A stretch of DNA of 64,000 nucleotides from Escherichia coli (GTDB lineage Bacteria; Pseudomonadota; Gammaproteobacteria; Enterobacterales; Enterobacteriaceae), in the NCBI RefSeq assembly GCF_003019035.1, contig NZ_CP027447.1; one strand, given 5' to 3'. Positions 52,607 to 61,037 of the stretch are shown one piece after another. The notes under the pieces were generated by a model. That model was not told the origin of the DNA and made no database searches. It worked only from the letters and a program-made list of their open reading frames with translations. Numbering within the stretch: position 1 is the stretch's first letter; every line of letters starts with the position of its first letter. The position numbers were made by a program, and so were the translations under genes.

Positions 52607-53185
52607 ATGAACGCACAATTAACCGAAATCATGCGCCTTATCACCAATCTGATCCGCACTGGGGTAGTCACCGAAGTGGACCGGGAGAATTGGCTTTGCC
52701 GGGTGAAAACGGGCGACCTTGAAACTAACTGGATCAGTTGGCTGACGCTGCGTGCCGGGAATGCCCGCACATGGTGGCGACCATCGGAAGGTGAGCAGGT
52801 GGTGCTGCTGAGTCTTGGCGGCAATCTGGAGACTGCCTTTGCGCTGCCCGCTGTCTATTCGAATCAGTTCGCACCACCGTCGACGTCGGCGGACGCCTGC
52901 GTGACAGAACATCCTGACGGTGGCTGGTTTGAATACGAACCCGCCACCGGGCGCTGGTATGTCAAGGGCATCAAATCAATGGTCATTGAGGCCGCTGACA
53001 ACATCACCATGAAAACCAGTGAGTTTGTACTGGAGGCTGACCGCACGCGCATTAACAGCGAAGTGGTGATCAATGGTGGCGTTACCCAGGGCGGCGGAGC
53101 GATGAGTTCTAACGGGATCGTGGTTGATGTGCATCAGCATACTGGCGTCCTGAAAGGCGGCGATACAACCGGAGGCCCGGTATGA
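52607..53185 (+). CDS. Baseplate spike protein (P2 gpV-like)
   Basis: Start at MNAQLTEIMRLITNLIRTG, resembling the recalled P2 gpV N-terminus. Confidence 0.8.
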   Translation: MNAQLTEIMRLITNLIRTGVVTEVDRENWLCRVKTGDLETNWISWLTLRAGNARTWWRPSEGEQVVLLSLGGNLETAFALPAVYSNQFAPPSTSADACVTEHPDGGWFEYEPATGRWYVKGIKSMVIEAADNITMKTSEFVLEADRTRINSEVVINGGVTQGGGAMSSNGIVVDVHQHTGVLKGGDTTGGPV

Positions 53186-53541
53186 CGCTTTATAGCGGGA
53201 TGAACAATACCAGCGGCAAAGTCATTACTGATATTGACCATCTGCGCCAGTCGGTGCGGGACATTCTGCTGACACCGCAGGGTAGCCGTATTGCCCGTCG
53301 GGAATATGGTTCTCTGCTGTCGGCACTGATAGACCAGCCACAAAATCCGGCGTTACGCCTGCAGATTATGTCGGCAGTGTATGTGGCGCTGAGTCGCTGG
53401 GAGCCTCGGATGACGCTGGAATCCATCACAATCAACAGCAATTTTGACGGTTCTATGGTGGTGGAGCTGACCGGGCGGCGGAATAACGGTGTGCCTGTGT
53501 CCCTTTCCGTATCAACAGGAGCAGAGAATGGCAGTGATTGA
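53182..53541 (+). CDS. Baseplate protein (P2 gpW-like)
   Basis: 119-aa ORF between V and J. Confidence 0.8.
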   Translation: MTLYSGMNNTSGKVITDIDHLRQSVRDILLTPQGSRIARREYGSLLSALIDQPQNPALRLQIMSAVYVALSRWEPRMTLESITINSNFDGSMVVELTGRRNNGVPVSLSVSTGAENGSD

Positions 53542-54436
53542 CCTTTCGCAGTTGCCAGCACCGCAGATTGTGGATGTGCCGGACTTTGAGACGCTGCTTG
53601 CCGAACGCAAGGCAGAATTTGTGGCGCTTCATCCGAAAGATGAGCAGGAAGCAGTGATCCGCACGCTGGAACTGGAATCTGAACCCGTCACCAAATTGTT
53701 GCAGGAGAACGCTTACCGTGAGTTGCTTCTGCGCCAGCGTATTAACGAAGCCGCGCAGGCGGTGATGGTGGCTTACGCAATGGGCGGAGATCTTGACCAG
53801 CTCGCCGCTAATTACAATGTGAAACGCCTGACGGTGACACCTGCTGATTATGACGCTGTGCCGCCCGTTGCGGCTGTGATGGAAAGCGATGAAGCGTTAC
53901 GCCTGCGTGTGCCTGCGGCTTTTGAAGGGCTTTCGGTTGCGGGGCCAACTGCAGCTTATGAATTTCATGCCCGAAGCGCCGACGGTCGGGTGGCGGATGC
54001 CAGTGCAACCAGTCCGGCACCTGCAGAGGTGGTGCTGACTGTCCTGAGCCGCGAAGGCGATGGAACAGCAGAAAAAGACCTGCTGGACGTGGTGGAAAAA
54101 GCTCTGAACAGTGAGAACGTCCGCCCGGTGGCTGACCGTCTGACGGTTCGCAGCGCAGAAATCATCCCGTACCGCGTGGAAGCTACCATTTTTCTCTATC
54201 CGGGGCCGGAAGCAGAGCCGGTAATGGCAGCGGCAAAAGCCAGTCTGCAGAAGTACATCGCCAGTCAGACGCGGCTTGGTCGGGATATTCGCCGTAGCGC
54301 CATCTTTGCCGCCCTGCATGTTGAGGGAGTGCAGCGTGTGGAGCTGGCTTCACCACTGGCGGATGTGGTCTTGAACAAAACACAGGCCGCATCATGTACG
54401 CAGTGGAGCGTAACCAACGGAGGAACGGATGAATAG
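53528..54436 (+). CDS. Baseplate protein (P2 gpJ-like)
   Basis: Start at MAVIDLSQLPAPQIVDVPDFETL; 302 aa. Confidence 0.8.
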   Translation: MAVIDLSQLPAPQIVDVPDFETLLAERKAEFVALHPKDEQEAVIRTLELESEPVTKLLQENAYRELLLRQRINEAAQAVMVAYAMGGDLDQLAANYNVKRLTVTPADYDAVPPVAAVMESDEALRLRVPAAFEGLSVAGPTAAYEFHARSADGRVADASATSPAPAEVVLTVLSREGDGTAEKDLLDVVEKALNSENVRPVADRLTVRSAEIIPYRVEATIFLYPGPEAEPVMAAAKASLQKYIASQTRLGRDIRRSAIFAALHVEGVQRVELASPLADVVLNKTQAASCTQWSVTNGGTDE

Positions 54437-55034
54437 TCTGCTGCCACCGGGTTCAACTTCACTGGAGCGCCGACTGGCGCAGACCTGTAGCGGGATTTCT
54501 GATCTGCAGGTGCCGCTGCGTGACTTGTGGAATCCGGCAACCTGTCCGGTCAGTTTCCTGCCTTATCTCGCCTGGGCGTTCTCTGTGGATCGCTGGGACG
54601 AGGTCTGGACAGAAAGCGTCAAGCGCCAGGTGGTGAAGGATGCTTTTTATATTCATCAGCATAAAGGGACCACCAGTGCCGTGCGGCGGGTGGTGGAGCC
54701 GTTCGGCTTTCTGATTCGCATTATTGAGTGGTGGCAGACCGGAGAGACACCGGGCACGTTTCGTCTGGATATCGGCGTGCAGGACCAGGGCATCACTGAA
54801 GATACCTATCTGGAACTTGAGCGACTGATAAGCGATGCCAAACCATGTAGCCGTCACATGATCGGCATGTCCATCAACCTGCAGACCAGCGGCCCGCATT
54901 GGGTGGGAGTCGCCAGCTATCTTGGCGAAGAAATCACGATTTATCCGTATATCAACGAAACGATTATTTCCGGCGGCACCGCGCATGAAGGCGGGGCGGT
55001 CCATGTTATTGACACAATGAGAGTGAATCCATGA
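54429..55034 (+). CDS. Baseplate protein (P2 gpI-like)
   Basis: 201-aa ORF between J and H. Confidence 0.8.
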   Translation: MNSLLPPGSTSLERRLAQTCSGISDLQVPLRDLWNPATCPVSFLPYLAWAFSVDRWDEVWTESVKRQVVKDAFYIHQHKGTTSAVRRVVEPFGFLIRIIEWWQTGETPGTFRLDIGVQDQGITEDTYLELERLISDAKPCSRHMIGMSINLQTSGPHWVGVASYLGEEITIYPYINETIISGGTAHEGGAVHVIDTMRVNP

Positions 55035-56407
55035 GCACAAAATTTTATACCCTGCTGACGGATATTGGCGCGGCGAAACTTGCCAGCGCCGCCGCGCTCG
55101 GTGTGCCGCTAAAAATTACCCATATGGCGGTGGGCGATGGCGGTGGAGCATTGCCGACGCCGGACGCAAAGCAGACTGCACTGGTAAATGAGAAACGCCG
55201 GGCTGCGCTGAATATGCTCTATATCGACCCGCAGAACAGTAGCCAGATTATTGCTGAACAGGTGATCCCTGAAAACGAGGGCGGTTGGTGGATACGTGAA
55301 GTGGGCCTGTTTGATGAGTCAGGGGCATTGATTGCCGTGGGAAACTGCCCGGAAAGCTATAAGCCGCAACTGGCTGAAGGCAGCGGGCGCACCCAGACTG
55401 TGCGCATGGTGCTGATTACCAGCAGCACGGACAATATCACCCTGAAAATCGACCCTGCCGTCGTGCTGGCAACCCGCAAGTATGTGGATGATAAGGTACT
55501 GGAGCTGAAGGTGTACGTGGATGATCAGATGGCAAAACATCTTGCCGCACCGGACCCACATTCACAGTACGCACCCAAAGAAAGCCCGATATTTACCGGA
55601 ACACCCAAAGCGCCAACGCCAGCGGCTGGGAATAATACCACGCAGCTTGCGACCACCGCGTTTGTTCAGGCGGCACTGACGACACTGATTAATGGTGCGC
55701 CAGCCACGCTGGACACGCTGAAAGAAATAGCCACAGCCATTAACAATGATCCGAAATTCAGTACCACTATCAACAATGCGCTGGCACTGAAAGCGCCGTT
55801 GTCGAGTCCGGCACTCACCGGAACGCCAACAGCACCTACTGCGGCACAGTCGGTCAACAATACACAGATTGCCACCACGGCTTTTGTGAAATCGGCGATT
55901 GCGGCAATGGTGGGTTCTGCCCCTGCGGCACTGGATACACTGAACGAACTGGCGGCGGCACTGGGGAATGACCCGAATTTTGCCACGACAATGCTTAATG
56001 CGCTGTCAGGTAAACAACCGCTGGACAATACGCTGACTAATTTGAGTGGAAAGGATGTTGCTGGTCTTCTCGCATTCCTGGGTTTGAAAACCGCCGCACA
56101 ACGCGACGTTGGGACTGGCACAAATCAAATTCCTGACATGAACGCTTTTAGCTCTGGCTCTGGCTGGCAGAAATTACCTGGAGGCAGGATTCTGCAGTGG
56201 CGGGGAATAGCCAATGGCCCTGGGGATATTACAAGCCCGCTACCCATTCCATTTCCAAATCGCGCAATAGGATGGGCAATTACGTCCGATTATGTACCAG
56301 GGTCAGGCGGAGTTGGCACAATAGCGGGGACGTGTACTGCAACGAATATCATTTCACGAAATACAAATGTGAGCACTGGTGGTAGCGCTATCGTAGTGGG
56401 GGAATAG
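55031..56407 (+). CDS. Tail fibre protein (P2 gpH-like)
   Basis: 458-aa ORF with repeated collar-like segments (QLATTAFVQAAL ... QIATTAFVKSAI). Confidence 0.8.
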   Translation: MSTKFYTLLTDIGAAKLASAAALGVPLKITHMAVGDGGGALPTPDAKQTALVNEKRRAALNMLYIDPQNSSQIIAEQVIPENEGGWWIREVGLFDESGALIAVGNCPESYKPQLAEGSGRTQTVRMVLITSSTDNITLKIDPAVVLATRKYVDDKVLELKVYVDDQMAKHLAAPDPHSQYAPKESPIFTGTPKAPTPAAGNNTTQLATTAFVQAALTTLINGAPATLDTLKEIATAINNDPKFSTTINNALALKAPLSSPALTGTPTAPTAAQSVNNTQIATTAFVKSAIAAMVGSAPAALDTLNELAAALGNDPNFATTMLNALSGKQPLDNTLTNLSGKDVAGLLAFLGLKTAAQRDVGTGTNQIPDMNAFSSGSGWQKLPGGRILQWRGIANGPGDITSPLPIPFPNRAIGWAITSDYVPGSGGVGTIAGTCTATNIISRNTNVSTGGSAIVVGE

Positions 56408-56409
56408 GT

Positions 56410-56832
56410 ATGAGAACGTATCGCTATGACGCAATAACAAACGCATTTTATCCGTATGAGCTACAGAATGAGTATGAACAAGCAGGGATGTGGCCGGAGT
56501 CGGGCCATGATGTGAATGAAGATATTTTTCAGCAATTCATCAACCCTCCCGCAGGTAAGGTGCGTGTTGCCGGGAATGACGGAATGCCAGCATGGGGGGA
56601 TATTCCGCCACCGGCTCATGATGAACTCGTTGCGGTAGCAGATGTGAAAAAAGCAGCACTATTGGCAGAAGCGTCAGTCGTTATCGCCCCGCTGGCTGAT
56701 GCACAGGCGGGCGGTTATATCGATGACGCTGACGTGCCGCGACTGGCAGCATGGCAGAAATATCGCTATGCACTGACGAAAGTGGATACATCAACTGCGC
56801 CGGATATCACCTGGCCGCTGCAACCAGTGTAG
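56410..56832 (+). CDS. Tail fibre assembly chaperone (P2 gpG-like)
   Basis: 140-aa ORF directly after the fibre gene. Confidence 0.75.
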   Translation: MRTYRYDAITNAFYPYELQNEYEQAGMWPESGHDVNEDIFQQFINPPAGKVRVAGNDGMPAWGDIPPPAHDELVAVADVKKAALLAEASVVIAPLADAQAGGYIDDADVPRLAAWQKYRYALTKVDTSTAPDITWPLQPV

Positions 56833-57016
56833 AAATCTTTAGTGTAAATCGTCAAAGATGCTGGCGACTTGATGATTGATGACGGTATCAGTGATGATAA
56901 TTTACAGGTTGTACGGGAATAATACATAACAATTTGAATGGGGTATAATAGATAAATAATACATCATCATACCCCATTTTAGCCATTATCTATTGGCAAA
57001 AATATTCTTAATACCT

Positions 57017-58054
57017 TTATATTTGCCTACCTCCTAATAAAATGTGTGAGGTGTATTTGTTGGTTTTCAATAACCTTGCTACAATTATACAGGTGGTTAC
57101 AATAAGGAAAACAAATGAAGGGGTTATGATGAGGTTATATATGAGTGGATTTTCGCATAGGTTATTAATGTTCACGTATGCCTCTATTCTGTGAAAAATA
57201 AACGACGAGATTATATAGATGGGAAAGGTGTAAGTACCGACAAAGGATGTGGCTCGTATAAATAAATTATTTTTCGTTGATAAAAATGTATAAGCATATA
57301 TAAGCGATATGCTTCCGGCGAAGCCAATGAAGTAGCGAAATATAATAATGAATGATTGATGCCAGAAATCAACATTCTCATATGTCATTTTAGATATGTA
57401 AATATAATACTCTCTATTCCATAGGAGAAGCATACCAATCCATGTTAATACGGCTAACACACCAATTTTGTGCCTATTTCTAGAGGCAAAATCTAAAATG
57501 CGATGGGCGGATATACCAGCGATAAAATAAGGGGCCATAAATTTAATTTTGTCCATATTCCAATCATCTCCATATGCAAGGGATATACTAAATATCAGTA
57601 AATAAAGCACCACAGAATATTGTTTGCTTATTGAGTGACAAATAGTATAAACAATAGATACTGCAAAGAGTGCAGAAAGGAACCAGAAGGCGTAGATGGC
57701 TCCATATCTAATATTTATTAAATTTATATCTCTTCCCACAAAAATGGATTCAGCAATGAACCATGCAATGGATGGGATTATTAACTGCATGAATTTTCTT
57801 TTGATAATTGATGATGGTTTTCTCTTGAGAGAAAAATAGAAAAGATAGCCGCTAAGCAGCATAAAAAATGGCATGTGGAAGCTGTAAATGGTAATAAATA
57901 ATGGGTTGTCAAAAAAATTGAAACTATCTTTTTTTACAAACTGAATTGAATGGCCCCACACGACAAAAATTATAGCTAATCCTTTCATTGAGTCTATAAT
58001 GGAATTTCGAGTGCTGGGTGTCTCTGTTATAATAAGATGTGGTTCGTTTTTCAT
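57017..58054 (-). CDS. Membrane acyltransferase (acyltransferase-3 family; candidate LPS O-acetyltransferase)
   Basis: 345-aa polytopic ORF; N-terminal RNSIIDSMKGLAIIFVVWGHS typical of OafA/Oac-type acyltransferases; AT-rich; at the P2 Z/fun position. Confidence 0.75.
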   Translation of the reverse strand: MKNEPHLIITETPSTRNSIIDSMKGLAIIFVVWGHSIQFVKKDSFNFFDNPLFITIYSFHMPFFMLLSGYLFYFSLKRKPSSIIKRKFMQLIIPSIAWFIAESIFVGRDINLINIRYGAIYAFWFLSALFAVSIVYTICHSISKQYSVVLYLLIFSISLAYGDDWNMDKIKFMAPYFIAGISAHRILDFASRNRHKIGVLAVLTWIGMLLLWNREYYIYISKMTYENVDFWHQSFIIIFRYFIGFAGSISLIYAYTFLSTKNNLFIRATSFVGTYTFPIYIISSFIFHRIEAYVNINNLCENPLIYNLIITPSFVFLIVTTCIIVARLLKTNKYTSHILLGGRQI

Positions 58055-58385
58055 TTAATTTGTCAACTTTAGATTGAGTGGTATAAGAATTGCAACTAAA
58101 CACTCGTGAGCTAATATTTACATATATTATCAATGATCATTAATTCAATCAATTAGGAATTGCTTTATTGTATGTAACAGATTCTCATTTTGGGGTAGAT
58201 GCTACTATTGCTGTCATCACACCATAAATTAAGTCCATTCATATTAGATATCTTGGGTCGTTCCGGGAAGTACACGGCCACTATCAGTAAATGTGTGGTA
58301 AGAGCTTCACCAGTCGAACGTTTTTGAAAATACAGAGATAATGGCTAACAGGCATCATCCCCGGTTTTTATTTAGGGGGATGCTC

Positions 58386-58706
58386 ATGCTTATTGGCTAT
58401 GTACGTGTATCAACAAATGACCAGAACACTGATTTGTAATGCAATGCGCTGAACTGCGCGGGATGTGCGCGGATTTTTGAGGATAAAATCAGTGGCACTA
58501 AGTCCGACAGGCCGGGACTGGCTGCAGCTCGCGCCAAAGGCAGAGTAGGTGGACGCCGTCCTAAGTTGACCACCGAACAGTGGGCACAGATTGGACGTTT
58601 ACTCGAGGCCGGAGAATCAAGACAGCGTATTGCACTGATTTTTGATGTAGGCGTTTCTACCATTTATCGAAAATTTCCGGCAAATAAGAGCAATGAATCT
58701 CCCTGA
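58386..58706 (+). pseudogene. Decayed serine DNA invertase (Gin/Pin/Hin family)
   Basis: N-terminal MLIGYVRVSTNDQNTDL stops at 58437..58439; a downstream frame encodes DKISGTKSDRPGLAAARAKGRVGGRRPKLTTEQWAQIGRLLEAGESRQRIALIFDVGVSTIYRKF (HTH C-terminus); the central catalytic region is missing. Confidence 0.7.
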
Positions 58707-58848
58707 ATCAGCTTTATTTTGATTATCCCTGAAAGCAGACAAATACCGTCATTTTGTGTGAATAACGGTACAACTGCGCTTAGCTGTTTGTCAGGCACAA
58801 TAACTTCAACATAGGGCGAAGCCTAATCCAATCAGGAGGTTCGCCACT

Positions 58849-60021
58849 ATGGCTCAGGATTACCACCACGGGGTGCGCGTAGTTGAAGTCAACGAAGGCA
58901 CCCGATCCATTACCACGGTGAGCACCGCCATCGTGGGTATGGTCTGCACGGGCGATGATGCCGATGCAAAAATGTTTCCTCTTAATAAACCCGTGCTGAT
59001 CACTGATGTGCTGACTGCCAGCGGTAAAGCGGGTGAGTCCGGTACGCTGGCCCGTTCGCTGGATGCCATCGCTGACCAGGCAAAACCCGTGACCGTTGTT
59101 GTGCGTGTGCCGCAGGGTGAAACGGAAGAAGAAACCACGACCAATATCATCGGAGCAGTGACCGCTGAAGGTAAAAAAACAGGCATGAAAGCCCTGTTAT
59201 CTGCCCAGTCACAGCTCGGCGTTAAACCGCGCATTCTCGGCGTGCCAGGTCACGACACGAAGGCGGTAGCTACTGAGTTGCTGAGCGTGGCGCAAAGCCT
59301 GCGTGGGTTTGCTTACCTGTCAGCGTATGGTTGCAAGACGGTGCAGGAAGCAATCACTTACCGTGAAAACTTCAGTCAGCGTGAAGGAATGCTGATCTGG
59401 CCCGACTTTACTGGCTGGGACACGGTGCTGAATGCCGAAGCAACGGCTTATGCCACCGCCCGTGCGCTTGGTCTGCGCGCTAAAATTGACGAGCAGACCG
59501 GATGGCACAAAAGCCTGTCCAACGTGGGCGTGAACGGTGTCACCGGAATTTCTGCTGATGTGTTCTGGGATCTGCAGGACCCGGCAACCGATGCAGGTCT
59601 GCTGAACCAGAACGACGTCACCACGCTTGTGCGTAAAGACGGTTTCCGCTTCTGGGGTTCCCGCAGCCTGAGTGATGACCCGCTCTTTGCCTTCGAAAAC
59701 TACACCCGCACGGCGCAGGTGTTGATGGACACGATGGCAGAAGCACACATGTGGGCGGTGGATAAACCGCTTAACCCGTCGCTGGCCCGCGACATTATCG
59801 AAGGTATCCGCGCCAAAATGCGCAGCCTGGTCAGTCAGGGCTATCTCATTGGTGGTGATTGCTGGCTGGATGAGTCGGTGAACGACAAAGACACGCTGAA
59901 AACCGGAAAACTCACCATCGACTATGACTACACGCCAGTGCCGCCACTTGAAAATCTGATGCTGCGCCAGCGCATCACCGATCAGTACCTGGTGAATTTC
60001 GCCAGCCAGGTCAGCGCGTAA
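58849..60021 (+). CDS. Tail sheath protein (P2 gpFI-like)
   Basis: 390-aa ORF followed by the tube gene. Confidence 0.85.
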   Translation: MAQDYHHGVRVVEVNEGTRSITTVSTAIVGMVCTGDDADAKMFPLNKPVLITDVLTASGKAGESGTLARSLDAIADQAKPVTVVVRVPQGETEEETTTNIIGAVTAEGKKTGMKALLSAQSQLGVKPRILGVPGHDTKAVATELLSVAQSLRGFAYLSAYGCKTVQEAITYRENFSQREGMLIWPDFTGWDTVLNAEATAYATARALGLRAKIDEQTGWHKSLSNVGVNGVTGISADVFWDLQDPATDAGLLNQNDVTTLVRKDGFRFWGSRSLSDDPLFAFENYTRTAQVLMDTMAEAHMWAVDKPLNPSLARDIIEGIRAKMRSLVSQGYLIGGDCWLDESVNDKDTLKTGKLTIDYDYTPVPPLENLMLRQRITDQYLVNFASQVSA

Positions 60022-60030
60022 GGGGACAAC

Positions 60031-60546
60031 ATGGCTTTACCACGCAAATTAAAACATCTGAACTTGTTTAACGACGGGAACAACTGGCAGGGGATCGTTG
60101 AGTCGCTGACGCTGCCGAAATTCACCCGCAAATATGAGAAGTATCGCGGCGGCGGTATGCCGGGGGCGGTGGATGTGGATCTGGGACTGGATGACAGTGC
60201 ACTGGATACAGAATTTTCCATTGGTGGTACTGAACTGCTGCTGTTTAAGCAGATGGGCAAATCCACGGTGGATGGCATCCAGCTGCGCTTTACCGGCTCT
60301 ATCCAGCGTGACGATACCGGGGAAGTGCAGGCCGTGGAGCTTGTCGTGCGTGGACGTCACAAAGAAGTGGATTCCGGCGAGTGGAAGACGGGCGAAAGCA
60401 ACACCACCAAAGTGACCAATACCAACAGCTACGCGAAGCTGACCATCAATGGTGAGGTGCTCTATGAAGTGGACCTTATCAACATGGTGGAAATTGTGGA
60501 CGGTGTGGACCTGATGGAAGCGCACCGCAACGCCCTCGGCCTCTGA
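60031..60546 (+). CDS. Tail tube protein (P2 gpFII-like)
   Basis: 171-aa ORF after the sheath gene. Confidence 0.85.
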   Translation: MALPRKLKHLNLFNDGNNWQGIVESLTLPKFTRKYEKYRGGGMPGAVDVDLGLDDSALDTEFSIGGTELLLFKQMGKSTVDGIQLRFTGSIQRDDTGEVQAVELVVRGRHKEVDSGEWKTGESNTTKVTNTNSYAKLTINGEVLYEVDLINMVEIVDGVDLMEAHRNALGL

Positions 60547-60600
60547 TGTATCTGAACGGCGCGGAATACCGCGCCAGAACCCAATTGACAGGACAGCAAA

Positions 60601-60903
60601 ATGAGCGATAAGCAGACTGAAAAGACCATTCAACTGGATACCCCCATCAAGCGCGGTAAAACAGAAATCACCGAAATTGTGCTGCGTAAACCGCAGTCCG
60701 GTGCGCTGCGCGGTACACGCCTGCAGGCCATTATGGATATGGATGTAAACGCGATGATGACCGTGATCCCCCGCATCTCCAGTCCGGCACTGACTGCACA
60801 GGAAATTGCAGAGATGGACCCGGCAGATCTCACTGCCATGTCGGTTGAGGTTGTCACTTTTTTGTTGAAGAAGTCGGTGCTTGCCGTTTTACCGACAGCC
60901 TGA
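60601..60903 (+). CDS. Tail assembly chaperone (P2 gpE-like)
   Basis: 100-aa ORF upstream of the tape measure gene; contains the slippery heptamer T_TTT_TTG at 60858..60864. Confidence 0.8.
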   Translation: MSDKQTEKTIQLDTPIKRGKTEITEIVLRKPQSGALRGTRLQAIMDMDVNAMMTVIPRISSPALTAQEIAEMDPADLTAMSVEVVTFLLKKSVLAVLPTA

Positions 60904-61037
60904 CGGTTGACGATCTGGTGGCAGATATCGCCACCATTTTTCACTGGCCGCCATCCGTTACTGACGTTATGCCGCTGACCGAAGTGCTGGAATGGCGGTA
61001 TAAAGCGATTCAGAGAAGCGGGGCCAACGATGAGTGA
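60601..61037 (+). other. Predicted -1 frameshift product E+E' (tail assembly chaperone extension)
   Basis: After slipping -1 at TTTTTTG the frame stays open to a TGA at 61035..61037 (…LTVDDLVADIATIFHWPPSVTDVMPLTEVLEWRYKAIQRSGANDE). Confidence 0.6.

Noticed and set aside
58397-58663. 88-aa minus-strand ORF
   Set aside because: Lies antisense inside the decayed invertase gene; the plus-strand frames match invertase N- and C-termini.
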